From positions 5,163,976-5,227,975 of the forward strand of contig OZ316897.1 of NCBI GenBank assembly GCA_973895155.1: a stretch of DNA of 64,000 nt, written 5' to 3'. Positions 1 to 14,600 of the stretch are shown one piece after another. Source of the stretch: Marsupella aquatica (Eukaryota; Plantae; Marchantiophyta). A program made the position numbers and the translations under genes. The notes below the pieces were generated by a model. That model was not told the DNA's origin. It saw only the letters and a list, made by a program, of their open reading frames with translations, and did no database searches. Position 1 is the stretch's first letter; each line of letters opens with the position of its first letter.

Positions 1-3000
1 CTTCTCCGGGCATTAGCCCATCCACCTCACCTGCAAATGCTAGCCTGGTTGCTCACTACGCAAAAGAATCGAGCAAACACATTGCTGCTGGTATTGTGAC
101 TCTCGGTGACATGGGCTACAAAACTATCTCAAGATATTGTTCGGAACTTCTACCTGATGGTGCCGGTTCTCCTAGTACAGGTAGTCCAAGCTGGAAAAAT
201 AGCAGCAACGGCCACTCTGCTTGGCAAGGAGTTCCTGCACATGAGCCACCGGAGTACGCTGGAATGGTGCGGATCACAAAGTTTTAAGTGAAGAACATTT
301 AGCTTTACTGCAAGACCAGTGGAGATCGTCTTTCTTTCCATGTTCGTCAGTTTCGACATTCTGGTTTTCTCGTTTTGTCTCTTTAGCGACATGTTGCCGC
401 AGACTCTTGTCTTCCAGATTAAGGTTTTCTGATTAAATGCAGAGAGCTTTTCCTCGGAGCTAACATGGGATAACTGTATGCGAGTTGTTCTGCAGATTAT
501 TGTACGTGACTTTGTGAGCAAGACAATTGTAGCACAGTTTCGAGCCCATACTAGCCCTATTTCTGCTCTGGCCTTTGATCCCAGTGGCACACTTCTTGTA
601 ACTGCATCTATCTACGGCCACAATTTGAATGTGTTCCGACTGACACCTTCAACAACAGGAGCCGGTGTTTCAACTGGATATGATGGTCACATGTCGTATG
701 TTCACTTGTACAAACTTTATCGAGGGCTTACTAATGCGGTTAGTTGGATTTCTTCCCATTTTCTCTCAATACACAGATGTTGAAATTGAGATTTGTGAGC
801 GACACTTGACCTTTTTGATCTTTTCAAGCACAAAGAATCGGTTGGGAGGGTCCACACTAGAATTCACACGTTGTGCTAAACAGGCGAATTTAGAGATGGC
901 CCACCTTGCAGCCACTCCGATACCTCCGTTTCTGCCAGCAGACTTGCTTTGAAGTACGTGATCGTCATTTCCTGTTGATACGTAAACACTGTCGCACCCA
1001 GTGTCTATCATGGGCAATTTACCACTTTCTGCAGATTTGCAGCTCACGTAGAGCACCTTTTTTTGCTATTTATAGGGAAGAAAGCAGCGAACACATTACC
1101 CACTTCCAGATTACAACAATTCCACATGTTAAATGTGACCTTTCGTGTGTTAACTTACAGCACCCTATTGTACTTTTGATCTCATTTTTGGATAGGTTTT
1201 TTGAACTACAATTCTGTTCGTTCTGTGGGATCTTTTCTCTCACAAACCGGACTGTTTTTTAGAGAACGCATGAGCAGTAAAGTTTTGGAATGATATCAGG
1301 AGGAGTACTTCGACACGGCTTGCATCTGTCATTGACCGTCTATATTGTCACTCCCACACATTTATTACCCAAAGGGTGTTCCTAGATTCCGTCTCATATC
1401 TCTTTGGGCCCAGAACAAAGAAATCCGTTACTCTCAATTTCTAGAGCAGGTTTTATCCTAGCCTCATTCAGGGCTTGCGAAGTATGCATACTGAGTGATT
1501 TATATGATTTCTCTTGTTACAGGAATTCTTGTGGAAGTAGTTCCTAAGTTGGTGTGAGGTATCGTCTCCCTAGTAAAACAATCAGAGAATTCGAATGGTG
1601 TAATACTTAATAAAGAGTAATTATACAATGAGCAGCGAGGTGGCAATTGGGGGAAGAAGGGAAACTGGTGCTAGGGAGGTCTCGTGTCGGGATAACTAGA
1701 AGCACAATGAGTGCCATACCTGTTGTTTTTAGGTACTTAGGCAATCACAGTTGTTCAATTTGTGTTGCGTTGCCATCCTGACTGGACGGTCACTGTTTCG
1801 CAGGTGATTCAAGATGTTAGCTTCAGTAGTGACAGTCAGTGGATTGCTGTTAGTTCTTCGAGAGGCACGAGCCACATGTTCGCTATATCGCCTTTTGGAG
1901 GACCAGTAGGTCCGCAGACGCACGGGGCAATACCTGTTGATGGGTTAATAGGCCCGACTTTCATGCCGGCTCCTACTTTTCCCTGGTGGTCAAGCCCGGG
2001 GTCTGTCAGGGTTTCTCAACAGCCGCTTCCACCTCCTCCACTGGCAGTAACCCTCTCCGTCGTTAGCAGGGTTAAGAATGGCATTGGTGGGTGGCGTGGC
2101 ACAGTCACAGGAGCAGCTGCCGCTGCAACCGGCAGAGCCAGTAATGTGTCTGGGGCAGTCGCAGCAATATTTCATGATGGAGGTAATCATAATCTCGAAG
2201 GGGACGTTGGAAGTGGCTGTTTGAAGGAGCAGCTGTGGGTTCTCTCACCGTCAGGGAATCTTATCAGGTATTTACTTCGCCCATCAGCTGGGATTGAAGG
2301 TGGCTACAGCAGTAGCGGTACCCCAGGGGTCTGTACCATCAATTCGGGTAGTCCAGTTCAGACGCAGGAGTTGCGATTACTAGTGGAACCATTGGAAAAG
2401 TGGGATGTTTCTCGTAGACCGAACTGGGTGGAGCGAGAAGAGAGGCTAGACTGCTTTGTAGGACTAGGAGTCGGCTACGAGGAGGTTGTTTCGAATGCCT
2501 TCGGAGGTCAGTGGGCTGGATCAGGAGGTCACGCGATAGGGGGCGGAAATGGAGGATTAGGAAAAGAAGGGATGTCTGTTGAAGACATGCAGCGTTGGTT
2601 CATGTCCAACGCTGAAGTTCAAATGCATAATCAAGCCAGGCCACTGCCAATCTGGGCAAAGGCAAAGGTGAGCTATGTCCTGTTTTACATTTTTTAATTC
2701 GAGTTGACATTTCTGGTTGTTGTATCATTCAAATATTTCGACTAGAGACCAAGAGATGTCTAAAGGTTTAAAGGATTGGTTCAGAGGTATGGCAATTGAC
2801 ATCCTATTGCCAATCCCGACGTTGTTTTGTCCCTTGTTGGCTTCCAGGTATATTTTCATGTTATGCTACCCAGGGAAGCAGAAAATGAAGGGAGTTCTGT
2901 AAGTGGCGATGGTTTTGGGGGAGAAATTGAAATTGAAAGAATCCCAACTCGGGTGGTAGAAGTGCGGAGGAAGGATTTGGTTCCTGTCATTGAGAGGCTT

Positions 3001-5594
3001 CAAGTCTTGACGAAAGTTCAAGGTGCTAGGTAATGGACTTACTCCAGAACTGGCTAATGTAAAAATCCATTTAAGCTCGAGTTCTCCTTTGCTCTTTGTC
3101 TTTCATTTTTGTAAACGACGTAGCCAGAATCGATGTTGTGTGATTTCGAGTGTGTGTTTGCAGAGGAGTGGAAGGCGATAGGTGCTTCCTTTTGGGTAGT
3201 GGTTGTGTCTTTGCCATAACAACTCTATAACATAACCTCTTAAGTAGGTCTGGAGAGGGTTCATGTGCTCACAGACTTGTCTAAGTTCTTTCTGGGAAGT
3301 GAGGCAGTGCAGGAGTTCAAGGTACTCGGCTTGTCTTGCATGTTAACCAAACATTTCAAATTGCTCCACATTTCGCTGTGTTGATTTCGCGTCCTTAAGT
3401 GAAAAGTTTTCCTACTAGTCTCAGTTACTTAGTGACCCTGTTGTTCTGGATAGTTGGGTGGACCCAGTCTGCAACGCTTGAGCAAGAGAAATAGTTCAGC
3501 TGTTTGAGAGAATACACAGAGAGATATTGATGAGAGCTTTAGAAAAGGGCATCCAGCGTGAATCATCTAACTATTTATGAAATTTTGATTGTGATTCTTT
3601 TGTCAGTCGGCGTACTGGTTTGTCTTTGAGTTCTGGTGGATCGCCAGAAATCTTTGCTGTCAACAGGTTATTAGAGTTCTCCTCAGATGATTAGGTCTAT
3701 TCCTCTTCATTTCCAAGCAGAACCTTGGTTTGTATCTTCAGCCAATTCGCTATGGGTTGGTTTATGTGTGTTGGTGTAGAGATATGGCTTCAGAGACCAT
3801 CCCAGCTGTATCAGGCTTGGACATGCAATTGCTTGTGGACGATGGTCTTCAAGAACGTGTCTCTGGGACTGGTTTTGGTGGTATGCACATCCATCGAACA
3901 AGCAGTGGGAGTAGTTTTGGGTCCGAAGGAGGCCCAGTTGGAGGCACCATCAATGGTTTCCATCACAATTACCAAGGTTCGTTCCCACCACCAAGATTGT
4001 CATCTCGATCAAATCATTATTATTTTTCCTTCATTTCTGGAAAAAACTAGGTTGACATGTGCATTTTATCTACTGAAAGTCTCCCTGCGAAGTTTCTGAC
4101 ACGGACGTTAGCAAATGAGTCCTGGTTCGGGGCTGTCATGCTGATGTTTCCGTCATAGCAATTCTCGCTGAAGCTAGCGCCTCCGGATTGGGTTTTGTTT
4201 TGTTTCCGTTAATGCGTTGTCGCTCTCATCTCTAAGCGCAATGATGGCATCATTCGAAAGGAAACCTTTCTTAGCACCTACGGGGCAATGACTGACAGTG
4301 GTTAGTGGTATTACTGAGTCTAACTGGTCCAAAGAATTATTACGAACGATTCACTAGCAAGAATTCCTTTTTTTCAGGAGTACTACCTGCATTTTAAGAG
4401 GCTGGTTACTCATATCAGTAAGTGCATACATCTCAATTTTCTAGATGTCGAAGCTTTTGATGTTTTTGTGTCCTGCATCGGTGTTGCAGATTATCCTGAA
4501 ATCTCAGTTGCAGGGACTCCTCCATCTTTTGAGTCGTCCCCTTCCTTTTTTCATCATTCCCAGCAAGGTAGTGGAGCTCCATCAGCTTTTGGAAATATTC
4601 CCGGGCAGGGAATACTGTTGAGCGCCAAGCAGACGAGTACAGATTTTCTGCAACCGACCTTTACAACTCAACCTATGAGTTCCGCTGCTAGTGAAACTGG
4701 AATTCTGGCTATTGGCTCCCCGCCAATGGGAATCCCACGACCTGCTCGGAGAGATATTGAAATTCGTTCGGGTTATATCCCTCCTTTTAGGAAAATCGAA
4801 GGTGAGGCTGACATTGATTCTGTATTCAATCATTCCATGAGATCAAGTGGTAGGGGTGGGCAAGCCTCGTTAGAGATTTTGAGCAGAGAGGTAATCATGG
4901 GAGCAGATTTTCCCACAGAACCTCCAAATTATAGTCCAGATTCAAAAACTACCATCATCGAAGGGAATAATGGGTCTGTAAATGCATTAGATGGTCAGAT
5001 GATGGCAATGTTTGAGCAGATGGGAATAGAAAATATGGGCACCCGTCAATCTGAAGACAGTCCCATTCCATCAGGTCACAAGCCTTGGGACATGGGATTG
5101 GACAATGCAGGGCCTGCGCCTCTTGTTCGATTGTCGTCTGGAGGTAATTCGACTCGAGGTTCAGATGGAGGACCTGCGTTCATATTCAGTCGTGAGAGAC
5201 TTGACGAAGGACAGGAGGAGAGTCATGTTAGTTTCCATACACAAGACAATGGGGTGACAGAAGATGCAGAGAGTGCGGATGATCGTAGCAAGAGTGAGGA
5301 CAACGAGGGTGGTGATCCTGGAGATGATGTTTGGGAAGGAGCCATGTTCCCTTTCTGTGAAGAAGGTAAGAAACTGTCCCGTAAGTAACACGGTGTAGGG
5401 TCGACGGAAGGATTTCGTTTCATTACTCCAGCAATTGAACATTTTGGTGTAGCATTAGGCTCAATCATGGAAAGTCTGCAACGAGTGCTTGATTGTTGAT
5501 TTTCAAGCAATGTTCATGCTAACACAGGTGACGAGGTTCGATACTTCGGGCTGATTTGTTTCCCTTGTGTTGTGGCCCAACCGCAGATTGCTAG
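1..5594 (+). CDS. ATG18: Autophagy-related protein 18 (ATG18f/g/h-type WD40/BCAS3-like), 5'-partial; predicted exons <1-266, 496-738, 1804-2667, 2848-3029, 3780-3976, 4490-5365, 5587-5594
   Basis: The spliced translation gives plant ATG18f/g/h signatures: LVAHYAKESSKHIAAGIVTLGDMGYK, QFRAHTSPISALAFDPSGTLLVTAS, LYRGLTNAVIQDVSFS, and a C-terminal MFPFCEE. All junctions are GT-AG and phase-compatible. The last micro-exon is the least certain. Confidence 0.88.
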
Positions 5595-8179
5595 AGACCA
5601 CCCTATTGCTCTTCTTAACTGTACAGGTTACCATGCAGAGGCAAGATTTCCTCCTTGGTTGTCTTGAAACTATTCCTTGATATTGCCGCCCTGTGACCTA
5701 CTTGTAAGACCCTCATTTACCACGAAAAAATCATGTGGAGGAACTTGTACAAAAAATCCATCAATTCGTGAAGTCTAGTTGACACCACAAGGGCCCCTCT
5801 ATTTCAGGGTTACCATAAATGACACCGAGAAATCAACTCAAGGGTTGTGCTATTGAGAATGTCATGGCCTTGGCGTCCCAGGACATTGCGTTCTGCCAGG
5901 GGTGGAGATTGTCTTTATGGGGTTACCCAAGCTTCGCTTGTACAGCTAGAGTGATATATATTTGTATCTTAATACCCCACCTTTCTGCTTATCAGGTTAG
6001 TTTTCATTAACAGACGGTACCCATAAAATTTGATTAATAAGCTTAGCCAGAGAGCTCGTCAAGTCAAACTCCCCAGATTAGTAAGGGACCCGTGTGATGA
6101 GGATCTCAGGACTGCACACCCCACTTGGCCAGATTGACGGCCTGCTCGTTGCATGCTTGTAAATACCCCATGGAACTTAACGAGAGCTCCTTTCCTTGGG
6201 ATCGTGAAGGCGTCTGGCTGAAGTTTCAATTCCGCTGTATTTCGGCAGGAATATCCAGAAATTCTTATCTCCGTCACGACAGGTGATCCGGCTTTCTTGT
6301 TCTTGTAAACGTTACTTCCGTTTCTCCCCATTGTCTAGGCAAGTAGCATCGTTCACTCAACTTAGTTGATTAGCAGGACTCTTACGTTTAATTTGTACTT
6401 GTGAGACTCAATTTACTCTCTTTCGTAAAAGAGAGATGGGAATGGGCGGGAGGAATAGTTTTGGGTACATTTTTATATAAATGTGCAGTTGATAACAGTT
6501 GCCCAACAAAGTGGTCAACAGCCTGCATACCGAACTGAACTGAAACTCCAGATTGATCTATTTAGAATTTTAATAATCTGTTACCAAGAATGACCAATCT
6601 AGTTTAGATTCTCACGTACTCTTTTCGTCATGAGAACCTTTTAAAATGTAAAACCTTGGACCATTTTGTTGGATTGAGATTGTTATGTGAACTAGGAACT
6701 TGTACTGGACTCCTTCTGGAAGAATAAGTAAGCATAGAAATATGTTCACAAGCATTCAATTTCTTCCTGGTTAAAGCTTCCTGATTATTGGTTTGCATTA
6801 ATTGTATTCAATTGCCCAAGAGATATTGTCCTTTTGCAAGACCAAGACCGACAACTGGACGGTAGTAGTGACTGGGTCTGGCGTCTTACTGCATAATTGA
6901 ACTAACTTTGAACAGGACTGCTGCAAGAAACGTTTTTTGAGACCCTGTTTATCACTAGGAGGGAACTTCTATTAACAATCGTAGAGTGACGAGATTCCAA
7001 TGACTTTATCCACTTGAGGGCACTATGTTGTCCCTAAATACATGTTGATCTATTTGAGTTCCACGCATTGTTTGAAAATGGCCCATCTGCGTTTGGTGCA
7101 CTGTGGCTTCTTTTTGCTACTCCAATAGGTAATGTTGCCTATACAGTTCTGAAACTCAGAGAAATGCTTATCTTGTAATTTGAATTATTTTAACCATGGT
7201 TTGACGGAGAGAAGCAATTCTTTTGACGTTAATAGACAAAAGTCATCCAACTTCAGCACTACTATGACCAGCAGTGAGTGCTAACCATGGCTAAGAGGGT
7301 GTATCAAAGCTTTGCACGCTGTCCTCTTTGAGACGGTGTTCATTTTTCCCACAGCAAGTGGGGTGCACAATGAAAGAGCAAGCGAGCGACTCAAACTAAA
7401 CTTAACGTCTAAGGACACTAGATGCTCCTACTCGTTACACCTGGCCACCCTCCAGTAAAAGAAAAACAAGATTATGAAACAAAGTTTAATGATTAATGAC
7501 TTGGATAGACTGATTTGTGGGTTATTTTCCAGCCCATGCCCAATCGTTCTGACTGTCTCTGGGGAGTTGGTTGGGTTTGCCAATGTGGCCTATTGAACAT
7601 TCCTTGTGTGGATTTTTCACATTTGAGGCTGATGCCATGGAAACTAAGCCTTAGATTTTCCAAATCTAACAGAAGCCGCCCAAGTCTCGTCTTGGTCTTC
7701 AATGATAGATCAAAAACTTTTCTACTTCTAGCTAGTGCAAGGTTTCCAAGCAAAGCTTCTCAGTACAACAGACAAGTTGAGGGGTTCAATTTGAGTAGAC
7801 AATTTCTAACTTGTGGTAAGGGAATAAAAGTAAGGGGGGCATGTGTGTTAGTTGAGCCTAGAGACCACGTTTCCCCAAATAACCTGCAAGGAAACAACGT
7901 GCTTCAGAAGATGACAGAAAGGACATGTTTACCAATCTTACCAACTTGTGCTGACTCTGATTGTTCTAAGGAAATCAAACCTCTTTAACATCCATTACAT
8001 GATTGTGTACTTCTTTGAACAGTTTCTGGAGTATTAGGTTTGATGGATGTCAATGTTGTGCTGACTCTGATTGTTTATTAGGTTTGATGGATATATTGAC
8101 ATGCTATTGATCAAGTTGACCAGTTTTTGCAGAATTAATTTATTTACACAGAATTGGTCAGCTTGGATTGTCTTAGAGT

Positions 8180-10684
8180 TTATAGGTGAGTAATGGGGTC
8201 CGATCGAGCTCTGGTGTTTGCCTCAGAAACTTTAGGTGTAGCATCCACTTTAGTATCTCCTATTCCCGCAGTATTAGACTTCCTCCCTCCTAAATTACCA
8301 ATAGGTCCTAGTTAGAACAAGTAAATCCTGAGTATTCAAACAAGCTAACGCCAGGCGCTAACCAAATGCAAATCACTTAGGTTACAACAAAGGCAAGAAT
8401 GTAGAAACAAATGTGAATTCGCATGATAGTTCAAGCCAGCGCCAGGCGCTGGCCATACTAGGGAACACTATACTCACTTTTCCTCCCAGATTTCGTTGAC
8501 TCGCTTGGTGCTGCTAACTCCGCTTTTGCTTTCGCTCGAGGTTTGCGACTTCGGTCCACATGAACAATAGTCGTTTCACAGATACTTTGCAAGTCAGTGG
8601 CAGACTTGTCTACATCGTCTAGCAGGCCCTGCTTCATGTCAGACACAATTTTTGCTGGTATGTGGGACTTTGAAAGCTTATGGAATGCATCTTTCTCCCT
8701 TTGATCAAAAGGAGAATCCCATCTATCTGTATCTAGATACCAGGGGCAGTGAGTTCTCTCCCATTCTATCGTAGGTCTTGGAGGAAATATGCCCTCCGCT
8801 AGGTACATGGAGTACAAATCAGCTATGGCGTCATCCTCACTTATTGTAATCCACTTCATGAAAGCTGCAGGATATGCCCAGAAGTAATCAGGTTTGGTTA
8901 CCTCCATGTGCATGTAGAACCTGTAAAGATACCTTTTAGCCCGCTTCTGGTTTTTCTGGGTATAGTCTTCTTTGTCTGGATACTTTGAAGGCCACATAGT
9001 GTGAAAAACTTACTCTTCACAGAATCACCATATCTCTTGAATTCATTTGTAACAAACTGAACGAGATCATCAAACGAACCACAATTCCACTCTTCCAATC
9101 TAGTCGCGGGCATAGTTTGCTCTACTTCACGCAGACATGAATGTAACATGCCGACAACAATTCCCTCTACACTATTCCAAGTGATCCAAGTATGACACCA
9201 TTGTTTGACTGGGTCGTCGTTAACACTTGCCGGGTGGAAAAACTGTCTCCGCAGCTCAGGATTGCAATGTGCCACAAGTAGGATGCTCCACAACTTTGGG
9301 TCTAGGGCAGAAACAGGAGTGAACAATCGGGCGCGGTCCATTGTACATACGATGGCGTCAGGCTTCTTCTCTCTCTTGTTTCTCTCTGTGACAGCATACA
9401 TTTCTGCATATGTACTAAGAAAATCTTCAAATTCAGGACTTAACAAGGGCGTAATTTTTGAGGACTTCACTGCCCAGTCTTTGGTCGCGTCCTTCATCAT
9501 GGCCGCATGGCGTTTGGAAATCTTGTCCACCGACCAGGGACTCCCTTGAGCCTTGGCTGCCTCCATGTCAAGCTTGAATTGGTGAGAATAGGACTTTATC
9601 TTATTCTCACATAGAATGTAAACAAGAGCTTCCTGTGGCATCTTCTTCGTATACCATGACCCCTTCTGAGTCTTTAGCCGAATGCTCTCAAACTTCTTGA
9701 AATTAGCCGGGTCAATCAGTTTACTGTAATACTCAAGGTCATGCGCAAGAATTCGTTTGATTCTATCTGCATTGAGAATCCAAGATGGCTCAACAACTGC
9801 TTGGCCAAGCCTACACGAAGAGATGCAGCGAGTTAGAGTCAAAGTACAATTTATCTATAACCAGCGCCGAGCGCTCTTAAATAGAACACTCGCAAGATTC
9901 AAAGAAGGTACCGGAAAAGAATGAGAACTTACTGATTCACGGTGTGCATAGCTGCCTCAATTTCAATAAGAGATCCCTTGTCTCCCTTAAATATTGTGCA
10001 GAGCACTCGAGGATGGTATTTTGGATTGTCAGGGTTCTCCTCGGTAACAAGCGTCCATGAGTACAGCCTGTGATTTCCATCGAAGACAGAGAACATCTTA
10101 TCCTTCAACACGAGAAAATCTGGATCGGCCTCGCATTCAGCCTCAAACTTCTCATTCTCCAATTGCCAAATTGGATCCCATGACTCACGAATTTCCTGGG
10201 TACAGGTCAGAACAATTCCATTCTCATCCGTTGGCTGCACATAGAAATGCATTCCTATGGATGAATTGTAACCCATACTGCGAAACGAGTCTTTCAGCTT
10301 CTCGATGGAAGAGCTATCTTTCTGCAAAGTATGAACCACCTCCATATGAACCAATCGGCATAGAGGGATTCGAGGCGGCTCCTTGTCAAATCCACGAGAA
10401 TCCTTTCCAAAACACATGACATGTTTTGAGATGAGATCAGTCTCTGCGAGTGCGCAGTCCGAAACATCTTGGATCGCAATCGTGTCGAGGTTCTCCATCT
10501 TTCTACGCAGAGATTTAGGAACCAAAACAACGCTAACAGAAGTAGGAGGCAGCAACTTTGTCGAACGAGTTACACGACGTGTATAAACTGAACCAGTAAA
10601 TGAAGACTGCAAGGATTCAGAATAAGCTCGCTCTTGGTCAGGAACAACACTATACCCTCTGGATGAAGAGGAGAATACCTCCAT
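8180..10684 (-). pseudogene. ParB/Srx-domain accessory gene of MULE copy 1; exons ~10684-9933, 9810-8478 (frameshift ~9000), 8307-~8195, then truncated
   Basis: IPLCRL...IEKLKDSFRSMGY...VFDGNHRLYSW matches the ParB/Srx pattern. GT-AG introns lie at the same positions as in copy 2, and the protein is colinear with ORFs 37312..38043, 36563..37174 and 35822..36511. Confidence 0.75.
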
Positions 10685-11647
10685 CGTCTTCCTTCCAGAA
10701 GCGTACGAACTATCGTACAATGAAATTATGGAACTCTAATCAACTCTCAACGTGTAATATATTCTAGAAGGAGGGTGGAGTTCAGCGGAACTCTTCGATT
10801 AAAGCGAGAAGCTCATAAGTTTGACGGATTCCAATGTATGTATGCTGAGAACTTAATTAGCTAAATCAAGCGGTAGAAGAAGCGTAACACACACGGAACT
10901 CAGAAGTTACCGTTAAATGTTACCGTTATAACCGTTTTCCTCCCTCACTCGGAATACTAGCGCCGGGCGCTATTATAAACAACTTCCCTTGAAGTAGATA
11001 ATTTGGATGATTGTCATGGCAGCGCCCGGCGCTAGTAAAAACAACAACTATAGAATAGGTCTTAAATGGTGCCTTGAATACATAAATTTCATCAAAACAA
11101 CCCCATATTTAAAGAAATGTCTATTGTTTTAATGGTTTTTGGGAAACATTACTTGCATCCTATACTAGCGCCCGACGCTAGTGATAACAAGTATTTTTCA
11201 TCCATAGTTTTAAAAGAATTCACATTTTCATTGATCATTTCAATCCAATTATTTCATAGTATTGATGGATATCTGGAGGGTTTTTCGTATACTAGCGCCA
11301 GGCGCTAGTATGGAATATCGAGATTTGGGGCATATTATGTTGGAGACATTTTAGTTAGCGCCAGGCGCTACTCAAATTGTTCCAACTATACAATATCTTA
11401 GAGTCTGTTAAAGATTTTTGTGGTGTCTTTTTTGGCATTATGTATGCGTCTAACATCCGGACTTATCGGGGAAAAACGACAAAAATCATTTATGTCGCCA
11501 ACGGATCCTATGTCGACTATGTTTTATGTCTTATACAAACGGATCTGTTAATGTGAAGTTCCCATGTTTGACTGATATAAGCTCCATATTACCATAGACT
11601 TTTCTTCCTCAAAACATTATAGCCCTCGTTATTTGTTTTCGATTGCA

Positions 11648-14600
11648 ATGTCTCGGTCCATCATTCTATCCCAATTCGGGACTGGAGATATTGTAACCAT
11701 CCCCGTCCCTGTGGAAGACACGTACAAGCAGGTCCGGGAGAGATACCTTTGCGGGAGATTTGATTTGAGGATGAATGATATTGAGGCCATTGTTCAAGAT
11801 CTCAAAACCAGTGATGACATCGAAGATGCAGCAACATTCAATGTGGATGATGGTGAACGGTTTTGGCATCTATACGCGGGGATTTCGTACTCACTTCGAG
11901 TAAGACAACATGAAGGACCGTCCAATGTCCCCCAAGTTCCATTTGATGTTGCCAAGATTTCTTCTAGTGAAGATGGGGATCACACTCCAAGTCCTACGTT
12001 GAAAATGAAAGTCCCGCAACATGCTGTCGTTAAAGGTGAGACTCCAGGAAGCTCTAACCAGTTGGAGGTCGTGTATCAGCGGAGTGCAATGGATACGTTA
12101 CTCAAATCCACTGGTCATAGCGAGTTATCGAGGTTCATATCAACGGGTGATTTCAGACATGAGCAAGTCTCCTGTCTGCCAACTAAGTACAACAGGAATG
12201 TCGTGTTTGAATTGCCACCCATTGACAAGATGCTCTCTAAAGGCTCTAGGCTTAGGGACATGGACCGTGCCAAAGATTGCTACATTTGGACACGCATATT
12301 TCCAACTACCGCGAACGTTCAGCCGAAAAAACTTTGGCAATTCGGTAAGGTTACCTGTACGGGATTCATTGAATGTCGGAACAAGTCCTACGAGTACTTC
12401 CAAAGGAAGAAGAAGGCAAATGGTAAGGCATGGCAGGGTACTCCAAAGCTTAGTGGTCAGTATGCTGTCGGATCTTTTATCAAAGAGGGCGGTGTTGTGT
12501 GTCATTATTGTGATCAGATTCCTTTTTGTGTCAAGTACTGCCCTGCCCGTTTGTTCTATATGTACCCGCAAGTATTACTTGATGCGGAAACATGTAGTCA
12601 TATGTCCCGCCTGGCGATTCATATAGGTGAGCATAACCATCCAGGTAGAAAAACCTTTTGTAGGAGTGCGGAGAAGATGGCTGAGGATTTAATTAAAAAA
12701 AATCATGAAGCCAATCCTCTGGCAAAACCAGCTGGGATCTTGAATTCTGCTACAGGGTCCATAGTGAAAGCTCTCTGCGAACATGTTGACAACATGGTCG
12801 ATATCGAAGAAACTGAAATATGGAAGTCTCTGATGGTACTTTCCACTCCCCAGAAGTTTGCATCTCTTTGTCGGAGCGTTAGGATAGACCAAAAGGGTCA
12901 GGGTGAACTTGATTTTCTCTCGCAAATGCAGAAGAAGATTAACCTGTCGTTTCTCCAGAGGTATTTGCTCCCGGGTCAGGGATGTCAAGACGACATGCCT
13001 CACATCTTTAAAATGACCATGAAGGGTCACGGTTTTGGTGTGGATCTTTTGAGACAGATGCAACCTGGTGGAAGACTCGAAGGAGCCTGGGTCAGTTTTG
13101 ATGTGATGCAGCGTATCACAACCAATTGGTTTACTTTTAGCGCGCATGTCTATGACCATAACTTCCGTGCACTTTGTACAATTTTCACATGCGAGTTGAA
13201 AGGTGAAGACACTGAGTCTTTCAAAAAGGCTTGGAGAGTTATGATTGAGGTTTGCAAGGAGAATGGATTACAGGAGGTTATGGGTTTATGGCGGACAATG
13301 CACAAGCTGGATGGAATGCTATGCGAAATGTTTTTTTTGGTGGACACCCAGACCCGGAGAGGGAGCGCTCTGATGCATTTCACTTTTTTTTTCTTTTTTT
13401 TCCCCAAAATTGAAATAAAACCCGCAAAACCCTACGGGAAAGGGGGCCAAAAAGGCAACAAAGACGCCCAGAAAGGGCAAGCCAGAGCCCGAGGAGAACA
13501 CTACAAGGCCGCTAAAGAGCACACTACTTCTATTGCAATCGTGATGGGTCCAAGCTGAAATTTATCGATACTTCTAAGGCACCCGTGACGAGTCCTAGAA
13601 TTCGCATTTCAGGTCAGTGAGCCTAGAAAATCAACAGCGAACAGGAGCAGCAGCTCGACCCCTGACAACCCAACCAGGGAAAAGACCAAAGCAGGGGAGA
13701 GTGACCCTGTCAAAGAGTGGACAAGGCGTAAATTCGTGGCATTAGTCCGAGAGAGATAGTGTGAACCGTGCCTCCGGTCTCAAAATCCAGTTCAGACGTT
13801 CTATGACGGTTTCTTCCTTGGTCCGCAGCAGCCGTGTGCGCCGGTTGCAGGGGCCAGAGTCTTCACATAGTCCATGTATTTGGTCAATCATTTCTGAAAA
13901 GATCTGTAGCAGATCAAATTTCCTACTTCTACCATTGTTAAATACACTCTCATTCCTGGCTAGCCAAATATGCCATAGTACTTGATAAACCATGAAGACT
14001 ATCAAGGATCGAGCAAGACTGTGTCGATGCATTTCACTTTTATCAATCTTTCCATCGGCATTCCAAGGAAGGAGTACTCAAAGAATGTCAATCGGAACAT
14101 CGGAGACTTTGGGAGAAACTAAGAAACGCTCCAACGTTTGTGGTAGCGTATCGCGTGTCCCAAGAGATTGTGGTTTGGTGGCAATCAGGAAACTGTGTCC
14201 CTGGAAAGCTCATGATGCTACAAAGCTGGATATCCTGGTGGGTTGTTCGATGGCGCCAGTGGGGCAATTTTATTCTAGTGGTATGATATCCATCTCCTCT
14301 CTTGTCTTTCATTTCCATCAACTTTATATTAGCGCCAGGCGTTGGTATGATTTTCTCGTATTTGAGTCCAACATGTCCATAAAGTTCCAGAATCATAATC
14401 TAAATTGTATTTCACGTATGTTATAAATACTTGTCGGTGCTAGCGCCGGGCGCTGGTAATACAATGCTAGTACTGATTATTGCATTCGGACTATGGCAGA
14501 GCAAAAGCGCAGAAGAAGGTGCCTTGATTCCAAACTGTACAGGGTCAGAATCAAGGCATGCGTCTATGAAAGCCTGGGCTACAAAGAAAAAAGTTGGTCT

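Noticed and set aside
150-7000. Short antisense or intronic ORFs overlapping ATG18 and its 3' region
   Set aside because: These are shadow ORFs without recognisable motifs, explained by the spliced gene and its UTR.
7460-8190. ORFs 7493-7753 and 7515-7988 and short direct repeats as the left arm of MULE copy 1
   Set aside because: No similarity to the copy 2 left arm, no palindromes, no TIR and no recognisable domain; left unassigned.
11293-11307. The palindrome as simply a Dcm-like CCWGG site
   Set aside because: The central base is G or C in several sites (10958, 11020, 14441), and the conserved unit is the full 7-bp arms.
13388-13558. C-terminus of the 641-aa ORF (FTFFFFFPKIEIK...) as part of the transposase
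   Set aside because: It is read-through, after a frameshift, into the poly(T) tail and antisense 3' UTR of the inserted LINE.
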